A DNA stretch of 63,875 bases, filler included, from 5 parts of 5 records of this genome joined end to end with filler, not necessarily neighbours in it, one strand, 5' to 3'. Counted from the first letter of the whole stretch, positions 19,899-31,589 are shown. Numbers and translations: made by a program. The notes: generated by a model not told the origin, from the letters alone.

Positions 19899-20591
19899 AT
19901 GGCGCTAAGCGGCTTGATCTCGATTCACGATGTGATGCCGGAGACCCGTGAGCGGGTCACGGACATTCTCGAGCAGCTCGCCTGGCTGCCGCCGGCGGCG
20001 GTGACGCTGCTGGTGGTGCCCGGCAAGGACTGGCGGGCCGCCGATCTGGACTGGCTGCGCGACCTTAGCGAGCGCGGCTACCCGCTTGCCGGCCACGGCT
20101 GGCGGCACCGCTGCGACACCCCGAAAAGCCTTCACCACCGTCTGCACAGCGCGTTCATTTCACGGGACGCGGCCGAGCATCTGTCGCTGGACGAAGAGCG
20201 CATCATCGCGCTGATTCAGGATTGTCACCGCTGGTTCGTGGAGCACGGCCTCACCCCCGGGCCGCTCTATGTGCCGCCCGCCTGGGCGCTGGGGGCGGTG
20301 AACAAGCGCCGGCTGGCGGCGCTGCCGTTTCGCTACTACGAAACCCTGGGCGGCCTCTACGACGCCCGCGACCAGCGCTTTCACCGCATGCCGTTGCTGG
20401 GCTTCGAGGCCGACACCACGCTGCGCGCCTGGAGCCTCAATCTGTTCAACCGGGGCAACTATCTGGCGGCCCTGGCCAGCGGACGCACCCTGCGCGTGTC
20501 CATCCACCCCCAGGATCTGCAGCTGCGCCTGGGTGCGCAGGTGCTGTCCTGGGTGCGGCGTCTGGAACGCCCGCTCGAGGCCTACGCCTGA
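19899..20591 (+). CDS. DUF2334 / CE4-like predicted deacetylase
   Basis: SIHDVMP, LLVVPG, GHGWRH, VPPAW and RVSIHPQD motifs. Starts 1 bp after the GT stop. Confidence 0.82.
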   Translation: MALSGLISIHDVMPETRERVTDILEQLAWLPPAAVTLLVVPGKDWRAADLDWLRDLSERGYPLAGHGWRHRCDTPKSLHHRLHSAFISRDAAEHLSLDEERIIALIQDCHRWFVEHGLTPGPLYVPPAWALGAVNKRRLAALPFRYYETLGGLYDARDQRFHRMPLLGFEADTTLRAWSLNLFNRGNYLAALASGRTLRVSIHPQDLQLRLGAQVLSWVRRLERPLEAYA

Positions 20592-20592
20592 A

Positions 20593-21516
20593 TCACGCCT
20601 GCGCGGAATCCGAAATCGGCTGCTTCAGGCGCTCCACGTTTTCTTCCAGGAAGGCAATGAAGGCCCGGGTTTTCGCCGGCAGCAGGTCCCGTCCGGCGTA
20701 CACCAGATAGAAATCCAGGTCCGGCGCCCGGTAGCGCGGCATCAGCTGCACCAGCTCGCCGCGGTCCAGGTGCTCGGCGATATCCCAGCGGCTTTTCAGC
20801 GCCACGCCGTAGCCTTTCAGCGCCCACTCGCGCAGTGTTTCGCTGTTATCGGTGATCAGGTTGCCGGACACTTTGACGTGGTGCTGGCCGCCGTATTCGT
20901 CCTCAAGCTGCCATTGGTCCTTGAAGGAGCCGTGGCAGTCCAGGATCAGGCAGTCGTGCCGTTTCAGGTCCTTGGGGTGGCGAGGCGCCTTGCGGCCTTT
21001 CAGATAAGCCGGCGACGCGCACACGCAGCAGGGGTTGCTCATCAGCCGCTTGGCCACCAGGGAGGCGTCGTCCGGCGCGCCGATGGAAATCGCCACGTCC
21101 ACGTCGTCGAGCACCATGTCCACATAGCGGTCGCCCAACGACAGTTGCACCGTCACGTCGGGGTACAGCTTGGAGAACTCCGATACCAGCGGCGCAATAC
21201 GATTGCGCCCCAGACCGATGGTGGAACTTACCTTGAGCATGCCCCGGGGAACGTCCCGGCAGGCACTGACATAGGCAATCGCTTTGTTGAGCTGGCTGAG
21301 CAGGGTATCCACCCGCACATACAGCGCCTGGCCCTCGCTGGTGAGCCTGAGCCCCCGTGCGTTACGCACCAGCACGCGCACTCCGAGCTCCTGCTCGATG
21401 CGCGATATATACTTACTGATGGACGCTACGGAAAGACCCAGATCATTGGACGCTTCGGAAAGACTCCCCGCCTTAACGACCGACACAAACACACTGAGAT
21501 CAGCTATCCGTTTCAT
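20593..21516 (-). CDS. LysR-family transcriptional regulator (CrgA/DmlR-like)
   Basis: N-terminal HTH (GSLSEASNDLGLSVASISKYISRIEQELGVRVLVRNARGLRLT), ASPAYL and HDCL motifs. Confidence 0.93.
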   Translation of the reverse strand: MKRIADLSVFVSVVKAGSLSEASNDLGLSVASISKYISRIEQELGVRVLVRNARGLRLTSEGQALYVRVDTLLSQLNKAIAYVSACRDVPRGMLKVSSTIGLGRNRIAPLVSEFSKLYPDVTVQLSLGDRYVDMVLDDVDVAISIGAPDDASLVAKRLMSNPCCVCASPAYLKGRKAPRHPKDLKRHDCLILDCHGSFKDQWQLEDEYGGQHHVKVSGNLITDNSETLREWALKGYGVALKSRWDIAEHLDRGELVQLMPRYRAPDLDFYLVYAGRDLLPAKTRAFIAFLEENVERLKQPISDSAQA

Positions 21517-22335
21517 CGTCGAATCCTTATTTTAAGGAACCGAGACGGCCGGCATAGGCGTTATTGAGCTACGCAAGACGGTACAGCGGTTCCTTCCACC
21601 TTTTGTTTTTCTTCAGGGTTTTGATCCCCTCCGGGCATTAGCCCGCCCCGGGGGCCCAGCACCCGTCCCGTTCAGGTGTGTTCTTACCGATCCTTGGACA
21701 GTTCTTAAAAAACTATAACACAAGACAACCGTTTTACGACGCTTTCGCCGTGGTGGCCGGGCGCGCCTTTTCTTTCGCCGCGAAGCCGCGCGGCGCGGGC
21801 ATTTCGAAGAAAAAAGAGCGGTCTTCGCCGGCGCTCTGTTACAAAAAAGTTTGGCGCGGCGCGAAAAAAGTGGCCGGAAAGCGGCCGGTGTTTCCTCTGG
21901 TAACACCTGTAAACATGGTGGCGTTCTGATGGCGCTGAATAGGCGCCTCAGGCCCGCCACAACGGGTGGGCCTGCCGCACAAAAGAAAGTAAATAAAGGT
22001 GCGGCATTTTGTTTATCTTTTTGTTTACTTTTTCATAAAGTTGGCGCTTTCGGTGGTCCGAAAACAGGCAAAAAGTGTCTGTCACCATAAAATGTGACCG
22101 TCTGGTCAGGCGCATTAATAAAGGCTTTCCGCCATTCTTTCTTTTTTTGAAACACCTGTTTTCACGTTTTCTTGTGTCCGACGTCAGTGGGGCATCTATA
22201 GCCTCAGCAGTTGCACCATCCCGTCGGTGCCTTACCCGTTCATGGACAGTTCGGGACATAAAACCAATAACGACTGTTTGCGGCGAACACCCGCGAACGA
22301 AAGAGAACAACAAACAAATCGGAGGGAAAATCCGC

Positions 22336-22545
22336 ATGCGACCGCTTCCTTATTTGAAGACCGGGCTGTGCGCCAGCACCCTAGTGCTGGCACCTGCTAT
22401 CTCCCTGGCGAATATGGGCAACACCGCCACCACTTACGGCTTGCTGCCCACGGACATCGCGTCCGCGCAAGCGCTTTCCATGTTTAATACCCAGGTTTCC
22501 ACCGCGTATTATAATCCGGCCTATCTGGCGCACAGCACCAAGAGC
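22336..22545 (+). CDS. 5' fragment of an AupA/FadL-like outer-membrane hydrophobic-compound transporter
   Basis: GGAGG RBS and signal peptide, then MGNTATTYGLLPTDIASAQALSMFNTQVSTAYYNPAYL, which includes the FadL-family NPA motif. The AupA assignment is from my recollection of Marinobacter AupA, not a search. Confidence 0.72.
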
Positions 22546-22645
22546 NNNNNNNNNNNNNNNNNNNNNNNNNNNNNNNNNNNNNNNNNNNNTTAATTAATTA
22601 ANNNNNNNNNNNNNNNNNNNNNNNNNNNNNNNNNNNNNNNNNNNN
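22546..22645. other. Artificial contig spacer
   Basis: 44 N + TTAATTAATTAA + 44 N. Confidence 0.99.
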
Positions 22646-22980
22646 ATATTCGGTTCCGTTTGGTATATTCGTGCGTCGTCGTCTCCCTGCTGCGCTCCAA
22701 ACGCCCTCCCGCCCTCCTCGTTTCTCCGGCGTGGCGAGCTCCGTATCCTCGGTCACTACGCTTTTGCGCCCGTCGTTTGCACGTGCGGGTTGTTTTGGCT
22801 ATTTAGTGGTGTGTGAAAGTTGCGGAGAGTAGAGTGGAGAACTCTCTGCTGCGCTGCGCGACCCATTGGGTGACTGCTGGTGCTGCTGGCGTCCCGTCGC
22901 CGTCGCCAGGACAGTCCAGTGCGCGAATTCTGGATCGTGCTGCGGAAGGACGCTCCTGCCGCGACAGGCTTCTCAACAAA

Positions 22981-25538
22981 ATGTTCTTTCTCGTAGATAC
23001 CATTCGCGATTTTCCGATCGCTGCCATGTTTGTTGGAAGCACGGCGGCGTTCCTGGGCATGCTGTACAAGTACCAGGTGCGCTTGGACCGGGCGCAGCGT
23101 TTCCGTTGGCGCTTTGGATCCCACCGTTCACCGCGGTTGCGCCGTCAATGGCCAGGTGAGGAAATCGCCGGCATCCCGCTGATCTTCTCTGCTCTGCAGA
23201 GGATGTTCATGTGTGTCTGTGTTCGTGCATTTTCGCTGGCCAACGCGCGCTATCCGCCCGTTGTGTGTGCGCGCGCTCGATATGGGTCCAGGGGAAGCTC
23301 CTGTACTACCCGACGCCGCCGGGCGTTCCCAACGGAGAGGAGTTTGTTGCTTTTCCTGCGGGCCCTTACGACGACCTCTTTGTGGAGACGGAAGATGGCG
23401 CAGTTATCCATTCTTGGTTTGTCAAGCAAGTACGTTGAACTTACCCCGCATGGGACGAGGGATCAAGGCGGCAGCGGGTCCGGAGCTGCTCCAATTGGGA
23501 AGTAGAGGTCGTCGTCTCTCGCTTCTCTCTCGCTGCTTCTCTCACTTGTACCGTCGCGTGCGCTCCTCTCCTCCTGCCGCGCCCCGTAATACCGCGCTGC
23601 CCTGGATAGCCCGATCCGAAAAAGTACGTTACAATTCTCTTGCACAATTCCTATCCCTGGAAGCCATCAGATCCGTAGAACTCGCTGGCCGTGTTCGTGT
23701 ATGTGGCTGCGGCGCGATCTGAAGTAGCTGTGGCTCGCGCGCTCCGCTGCGCACCTGCAGAGTGCCGACCATGATTTTCTTTCACGGCAATGCCGGTAAC
23801 ATATCGTATCGAGCCCAGAACGTCGACCTCCTGTACCAGCATTGCATGTGCAATGTTGTCATCGTTGACTATCGCGGATATGGAAAGTCTTCGGGAACTC
23901 CAAGCGAAGAAGGTGCGCAAGTCCGTCTCGTTCGTGCTGCGCCAAACCTGCACCTCCGTCAGTGCTGCTCAGCAGCTCTGGAGCGCGCGCGCTCCCGTAT
24001 CGCTTTCGGCGTACAAGGCGTACCAAGAATACATTGTGCGCCTTTCGCATTATACCCTGCAGGCCTCAAGTACGATGCTCTTGCTGTTCTTGACAAAGTC
24101 CGCTCGCTCGAGGACGTGGACCCGGACAAGATTTTCTTGTTCGGACGATCACTTGGCGGCGCGGTCGCCACATATCTCGCGAAGGAGCGTCCCGAGCAGG
24201 TAATGTTGTGCTGCGCGAAATGGCGCGACAGTCCCTGCGCGATAGGAATTCCCTCAATCATCACCTTCATTTCGAGAGTGTAATGTCCTAGCTTACCACT
24301 TGGTGGAGCTCGAGCGACACGTAGATATGGCGAGCCGTATTGTACGTAAACTGCGCTCGAGGAGATCCGCAGCTGATTGCTTCGCCGCTCGTGTTCGCTG
24401 CCACAGCATGAGATGTGTTTGTACGTTTTGAAGAGCGAAAGCGCGTGCGAGTGCACGCACGTACATGCTGCATAGGAACTGCGCAGCGATTGGCGGAAGT
24501 AAGCGCCGAAAGGCATTCATGCACTCTCTTGCGTTTCCCTCGTGGTGCACGAACCCGCTATGCTGAGCGCGTTCCGTGGTCGCGTTTGCACGCAAGGCAG
24601 CGGTGCAGCTGTGCAAACGATGATTCACGGCTGGAGCTGTGCAGGGCGTTGCCCTTTCCAGCGCGCACGTCGCTTCTCACAGACCGCACCCTGTTGCCGG
24701 TTTGCGTTTCCCTTGTGACTGCAGTTTCGTGGACTTATCATCGAGAATTCCTTCACTTCGATCATCGACATGATTGACGCAGTTCTCCCGATCTTTCGGC
24801 CCTTTAAATTCTTGGTCAATAATCGCTGGGAGTCGCTCAAGGTTTGTTCTCTCGTCTCCGGTTGGCTGCGAAGAACGCTGCTTTCTTTACCAAGTACCGA
24901 CCTCCGTTTTGCGTTACATTCGCCTTGTTGGGGCTCGCGTTTCTTTCTCTGTGACACTTTTCTCTATGTGTTTTACCTACTTGGTGAGTGCAGATAATTG
25001 GCAGCATCAAGAGCCCGATTCTCTTCCTAAGTGGAAAGCGTGATGAGCTGGTTCCAGCGTGGATGATGAAGAAGTTGCACGACACGGTACGAGCTGTCGC
25101 CTTAGTAGTGAACCCGCGGGCCCTATGCGCTCTCGTCACTGGTTTACGTCACAGTTTGAATGCATGTGCTCTACCAGAGTTTCTTATTCCTGTGATGCTC
25201 TTGCGCTTTCGTGATCGCTCACCGATGTTCAGGCGACGAGTTCGAGCTCGCGCGTGTTTCGAGAATACCCGAACGGCACGCACAATGATACCTGGCTTGC
25301 GGGTGGAATGGCCTATTACGAGCACATTCGGTAAGCACAGAAAGCGGCTCTCTCGTTTGCACTTGCTCTCGTATATGTCGGTCTCCTTCCTATATTCTAC
25401 AAACCAGAGCTTTTTGAAGGCGAGGAGGGTTGCGAGACCCGTGCACTCTGTTTTGCGGTCGTCTGCAGTGTGCGCACAAGGGCTGACGAAGCCATCTGCA
25501 TGTCGATGTCTCGTTGTAGGGACTTCCTATGGGCGTGA
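22981..25538 (+). CDS. Spliced eukaryotic ABHD13/BEM46-family alpha/beta hydrolase (9 predicted exons)
   Basis: GT-AG exons at 22981-23076, 23292-23429, 23610-23623, 23761-23912, 24063-24199, 24725-24841, 24994-25086, 25233-25330 and 25520-25538. They give YQGKLLYYP, FHGNAGN, DYRGYGKS, GRSLGG, ENSFTS, DELVP and HNDTW (Ser-Asp-His triad). The last exon is the least certain. Confidence 0.88.
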
Positions 25539-27080
25539 ATCACGAAACTCGACGATATAGACTTGCCTTGTGATGATAATAGATTACTGGTTACAACTTG
25601 CGTTACGCCGCCGCATGCGGAATTGCCCACGAAACCCACGCAAGTGCACAGACAAGGAGATGGTGGGGGCGAGCACTTTCCGCACAGCGTAGCGATTGCT
25701 GCAACAGTGCAACCCTAGGCGTGTCGGTCGACTCGATGTTGCAGGAATGCGCTGGTTTGGTATGGATGTGCCAATGAATACATGATGGTGGTATATGCTG
25801 TAGAGAATATCCCTCATGCGGATTAGTACCAACCATATCTATTCGCAGCATTGGGGGAGGTGAAGGCATACAAGAAAAAGGTTGCGACGACAGAACAAAC
25901 TCGGGAGCGATACTCTCCCTGCTCTGTGCCCGAAGTGTTGCCATTCTTGGAGGCGTAGCTCGGCGGTGACGGAGAGTCACACCCGCAGCGCTCGCGTACA
26001 GCCGTCGGCTGCGCAACTTTTTTTTGTCCGCATGTCGCGTAGCCGAGCAACCAGTCTCAACGTGTCAGGGGTACGGCATCAATGAGCGGCCGGTGTGATG
26101 GTAGTGCAAAGCATAACAGATGATGGCACGATCAACTTCTCTCTTTTTTTTTTTTGGAACGCGGTGGGCCATGGCGCCGCGTGAGTCGCTGTGACACTGC
26201 GCGTCGGTCTCTTTCCCGCGGTAGGCACGTGCGGCAGCTTTGGCGCGCTGGGAAGCGTTTCAGGCTACTCGGCACTGCCCTATGCCATGCACGCAAAGCA
26301 CTCTGGTCCCTCCCTGCGCTCCCTCGTGCCGAAAAGAAAACGAAATTTCTACCACGCGCGTCCGATCCAGTGCAATGTCACATTTTTCATGTACCTATTC
26401 GTTCAGTAATCGTTTGAAACAATATAGGTTGTTGGAGATGCGCTTGCGTTTTCCGGGCGGCGTTTGGCGCGACGCGCACAGTGTGGTCCCCTGAAACCGC
26501 CTCTCAGGCGAAGTCCGACTCGGTCTCTGCGCAGCTACGCGCACGTGGTTGTCATGACGAAGCGCCTTCGCGAGCGGAAGCGAGTGGCGCTCTAGTTCGG
26601 GGTTCCAAGTTCGCCATTATTGTATAATATTTATGTGCGCGATATATTCATACAATGGTGTGCTCGTCTTTCGTGGCTCCTCGCTACTACACTCACTGCG
26701 AACGGCAGCGGCAAACAGGCGCTGGGACAGCGTGTTGCTCGCACCTTCGTAGCCGCGCGCTTGGCTCGCACTCCGCGCTCAACGAAGTGCTATAGCTCCG
26801 GTCTACGGACGCACCGACTGTTCCTATTTCTGTATTCTCTCCCTGTGGAACTTACGTGTGGGCATAGGGAGGTAAATCCACACCGCTGCGCTAGCACAGA
26901 GGGGGATGTTGCACTGAAGGAGGAAAGGTGCGCCGCTCGTGAGGTTGTGAGACTGAACAGCCGCGCCTGTGGTTCGACCAGCCCGCTCACGACGCGCAGC
27001 ATCGCGCCTGCACGCTCAACGCCGCCGGCCGCCCTGATACCTGCTGATCCTGTGCTGCCACGCAGACGCGCACGCTCAGC

Positions 27081-28572
27081 ATGTCGTCTGAAAGAGGTCT
27101 CGTCCAATTCCTTAAATGTTCCAACTTGTTCTTTTTCCCCGTCGGTATTGTTCTGATGGCGGTGGGCGCAATCGGAATTCGGCAAAACGCGCTGACAAGC
27201 AACGATCTTGCCGGTACGCAGTAAACTCGGGTTACCAGACCACGGAACCGTGCGCTGAAACCGTGCCCTTTCTCCGCGCCCTTTCTGGCTCTTTCGCTGT
27301 TGATGGAAATCGTACTTCTGCTGTATTCTTGTTTGCAGGCGGCATTGTTGCATGTGGTGTATTCCTGTGCATTATTTCCGTGTTCGGGTACATTGCGGCC
27401 AGGAGCAAAGAACGCGGCAAGGTATGCGCCGCGCCCCCGCGTTTACTCGCTGCGGCGCACGACGCGTAAGCGGAGCACCTTCCGCCAGTGCACGCGCATG
27501 CATCGATGGAGCAGAGAAAGCCGCAATCTCTGGCATTTTAGTATCCTATCATCTGCTTTCATACAGCTCTGATCTACGTGTATGTGCCTGTCCTATGTTT
27601 TCTTCTGTGCAGCTTACGGTGTACATGGTAGGAATGAGTACGTTTGGCAAAGTGCTGCTGCATTTTCTCTGCACCAGCTTTTGGCACTGCGTCCGTTCTT
27701 GTGCGCGCCGAAAAACGTGGATTTTCGCTTCTCTAAGTGCTAAAATGTGGAGGAAGGGCTGATGAGCTTGGACGTGCCTTGACACGGGAACTTTACTTGG
27801 CGCGTGATAAGGTGCCGGTAGCATCCAGTGCGAGTAGATTGGCTCTCGTTTTTCGTCTTTCCCTGAACATGCTCTCTTGGTTTCGGCATGTTCCTTTCCA
27901 TGCGCACGTCTCTGCGATCGACACCGGGCGTACAACAGCGGTCATCTTCCTGATTCAGGTACGATTGTGGCCATGAGTATCATGCTTCTTTGGGTAGCTT
28001 ATTCTGTCCTTTGAACGGTCGAAGCGACATTTGATTGGACTAGTCTATCATTTTCCTCTGCCGCGATGTTAAAGTACCGCCAACCTGATTGTCTCGGCAC
28101 TCTCATGTCTTTGTTCTTCACCACAGTTCTTCGTGGCGATTGCGTGCCTGGCTGCGGCCAACGACGTCGAATCGGCGATGAGCAGCACGTGGGGAGAGCT
28201 CTCTGACCCGTCAAAGAACGAGCTGCAAAACGTGCGTCCTGAGTAGGTGCAGGAAAGTATGCGCCAAGTGGGCAACAGAATATCCCGTGTGGAAGAATTT
28301 TTCGATAAGACTGCTTGATTGTCCGCCCATATATTGCAATGGAGGGAGGTGTTCGCGCCCTCTCGTGGCAGCGATTCCGTTGCACCAACACCTCACTCGC
28401 GCATTGAGCGGCAGCTGAATTTCGCGTTGTCCTCTGTTTTTCGCATCCCTTTTGCGCAGCGTCTGATATGCTGTGGATTTCTGGGTCCGAATGATCGCCC
28501 GGGAACGAACTGTCCCTCTGACACAGCCTGTGTAAATGTTGGACACGCGAACAATGGGACGTGCATAGGATG
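27081..28572 (+). CDS. Spliced eukaryotic tetraspanin, truncated by the contig end
   Basis: Exons at 27081-27213, 27339-27421, 27613-27637, 27939-27958, 28127-28231 and 28460-~28572. They give three TM helices, then ELQNRLICCGF (tetraspanin CCG motif) and further Cys residues. Confidence 0.8.
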
Positions 28573-28695
28573 GTGCGTGCGGCGATTCGCTCGGTGCTCA
28601 CTCGCCCTTTGATTTTCACCCAGCGTTCGCGGGCTCAAGCTTTGCTGAAGGACCGTAGTGCGCCGTGCGAATGGAGCAGGCCAGGGCAGGCGCGA

Positions 28696-28795
28696 NNNNN
28701 NNNNNNNNNNNNNNNNNNNNNNNNNNNNNNNNNNNNNNNTTAATTAATTAANNNNNNNNNNNNNNNNNNNNNNNNNNNNNNNNNNNNNNNNNNNN
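28696..28795. other. Artificial contig spacer
   Basis: 44 N + TTAATTAATTAA + 44 N. Confidence 0.99.
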
Positions 28796-30257
28796 GGCCA
28801 AAGGTAAGATCGTAATGGCCACGGTCAAAGGCGATGTTCACGATATCGGCAAAAACATTGTCGGCGTGGTACTGCAGTGTAATAACTACGAAGTCATCGA
28901 CCTTGGCGTGATGGTGCCCACCGAAAAAATTCTTCAGGCCGCCCAAGACCACAATGCTGACATCATTGGGCTTTCAGGGCTGATTACCCCATCGCTTGAT
29001 GAGATGGTGCATGTTGCTAAAGAAATGAAGCGCCGGGGCATGGATCTGCCGCTGCTCATTGGTGGCGCAACCACTTCCAAAGCCCATACAGCCGTAAAAA
29101 TCGAACCACAATACGATCACCCCGTGATTTATGTAACCGATGCCTCCCGAGCGGTTGGCGTTGCGGGCCGTTTACTGGCGCCGAACCTTAAAGCCGCCTA
29201 CGTTGCCGAGATTCGCGAAGAGTACGAAAAAGTGCGCGAGCGTAACGCCAAACGCCGCCCTAAAGCCGCAGACCTGGACTATACCCAAGCCCGTAAACGG
29301 CGCTTTCGCACGGATTGGAACAGCTTTACTCCAGTGAAACCTCAGGTGTTGGGTCTAAAAACCTTCGATAACTACGACCTTGAAGAGCTGGTTGAACGCA
29401 TCGATTGGACACCGTTCTTTATGAGCTGGCAGCTTGCTGGCAAGTACCCCAAAATCCTTGAAGACAAGGTGGTCGGGGAAGCTGCGCGCAATTTGTTTGC
29501 AGATGCCAAAGTGATGCTGCGCAAGTTAATCGACGAAAAGCGTGTTCAGGCGCGCGGCGTCATTGGCCTGTGGCCCGCCAACAGCGTCGATGACGATGTC
29601 ATCGAAGTGTATGCCGATGAAAGCCGTACCGAGGTAGTTGAGCGCTTGCATCACATTCGTCAGCAGACCACCAAAGGGCGTGACGGGATCTGCTACAGTC
29701 TGGCGGATTTTATTGCGCCTAAAGAGAGCGGCAAAGCCGACTGGATCGGTGGTTTTGCCGTTACCACAGGCCATGGGGTTGATGAACTTTCCAAAGCCTA
29801 TGAAGCAGCTGGTGACGATTACAATGCCATCATGGTGCAAGCGTTAACCGACCGTTTAGCAGAAGCGTTTGCCGAGCGCATGCACGAGCGCGTGCGCAAA
29901 GAGTTCTGGGGCTATGTGCCGGAAGAGACGCTGGATAATGACGCGCTAATTGCCGAGAAATATCAGGGTATCCGCCCTGCTCCCGGCTACCCAGCCTGCC
30001 CTGACCATACCGAAAAGGCCACGCTGTTCCGGTTGCTTGATGCGACGGAAAATACCGGCTTGGCACTGACCGAAAATTTTGCCATGTGGCCTGCGGCGGC
30101 GGTCTCTGGCTGGTACTTCGCACACCCCCAGTCCAAATACTTCTCCACCGGAAAAATCACCCGGGATCAAGTGGAAGCGATTGCGCAACGCAAGCAGATG
30201 CCATTAGTGGAAATGGAACGCTGGCTATCGCCAGTGCTCTCTTACGACCCTAGCTAA
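28796..30257 (+). CDS. metH: Cobalamin-dependent methionine synthase, C-terminal part (5' truncated)
   Basis: B12-binding [15 protein letters not shown] and SGLITPSL motifs; activation-domain [12 protein letters not shown]. Confidence 0.97.
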
Positions 30258-31573
30258 TGTCAGCAGTGGGCCGCCGCCAAGGTAAGGTCATGCGCTTAGC
30301 CTTACCGATCATGCTGGGCATGCTCTCACAGAGCATGCTCAACCTTATTGATGCTGCACTGGTAGGCCATTTAGGCCAAGAGGCATTGGCAGGTGTTGGT
30401 ATCGGCGGCTATGCCATGTTTATGATGACGGCGCTGGTTTTTGGCCTCTCTTCCAGCGTCCAGTCGCAAACCTCTCAAGACCTGGGCGCAGAACACTTCC
30501 CGCTAACACGCTCACTTCACTCTGGCTTGCTGATCGCCGTTATGGTCGGCATTCCATTATCGTGTCTCGCGTGGTGGCAGGCTCCCCGGTTAATACAGCT
30601 AATGACGCCAGCAGATGACGTGACGGCCATTGCCGTGGAGTATTTCCGCTGGCGCGTTGTATCGTTAGCCGCGATTGCCCTGACACTTTGCTTTCGCGGT
30701 TACTGGAACGGCCGGCAGCACACGCACCTTTACCTGCGTATTATCGTCATTGTGCATGTGTTCAATGTGATCGCTAGTGCAGGATTAATTTATGGCATTG
30801 GTGGCCTTCCGGCGCTGGGTGCCAATGGTGCAGGTATGGGCACGACGCTTTCGCTACTGCTGGGGCTGATTATTTGGGCTTACGTGACGTATAACGCCCA
30901 CGCACTTACCCGACAGAAGCTGACATTGCGTTCATTACAGACCACACTATTTTTGGCTATCCCACACTCACTGCAACAAGTATGGTTTGCCGCCGGCTAT
31001 GTGGTGCTGTTCTGGCTATTAGGTAGGATGGGCACGCAGAGTGTCGCTGTGGGCCATGTGCTAGTGAATCTATCGTTGCTACTTATTTTACCTGGCGTTG
31101 GGGTGGGTGTGGCGGCAATGAGCTTGGTCGGTGAAGCGTTAGGGCGCGATGATCAACAGGCAGCACACCGCTGGGGAATCGACGCATTAAGCGTCGCTGG
31201 CTTGCTGCTGACAGTGTTGGCACTCCCTATGCTGTTGTTCCCGGCCACTGTTCTGGCTATTTTTTTTGAAGATCACTCACTCATTCAGTTAGGCACTCTT
31301 CCCTTACAAATTACTGGCTTAATGATAGTGCTGGATGCTGCCGCATTGGTGCTGGCCCAAACGTTAATGGGCGCTGGCGCTCAGCGAACAGTGATGTTGC
31401 TTACTTTGAGCATGCAGTGGCTAGTGTTTCTACCACTGGCCTGGTGGGTAGGCATTGAGTTGGAATATGGGCTACTCGGTGTATGGCTAGTGCAGCTTTT
31501 CTACCGTGCGCTCAATTCCAGCAGCTTCTTATGGGTGTGGCAGGGTCGACGCTGGCTAGCTCAAACGCTATGA
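30257..31573 (+). CDS. MATE-family efflux transporter
   Basis: LALPIMLG, DAALVGHLG, GANGAG and GLLGVW motifs; about 12 TM segments; TAATG overlap with metH. Confidence 0.9.
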   Translation: MSAVGRRQGKVMRLALPIMLGMLSQSMLNLIDAALVGHLGQEALAGVGIGGYAMFMMTALVFGLSSSVQSQTSQDLGAEHFPLTRSLHSGLLIAVMVGIPLSCLAWWQAPRLIQLMTPADDVTAIAVEYFRWRVVSLAAIALTLCFRGYWNGRQHTHLYLRIIVIVHVFNVIASAGLIYGIGGLPALGANGAGMGTTLSLLLGLIIWAYVTYNAHALTRQKLTLRSLQTTLFLAIPHSLQQVWFAAGYVVLFWLLGRMGTQSVAVGHVLVNLSLLLILPGVGVGVAAMSLVGEALGRDDQQAAHRWGIDALSVAGLLLTVLALPMLLFPATVLAIFFEDHSLIQLGTLPLQITGLMIVLDAAALVLAQTLMGAGAQRTVMLLTLSMQWLVFLPLAWWVGIELEYGLLGVWLVQLFYRALNSSSFLWVWQGRRWLAQTL

Positions 31574-31589
31574 CTTATAAACCTCAAAT

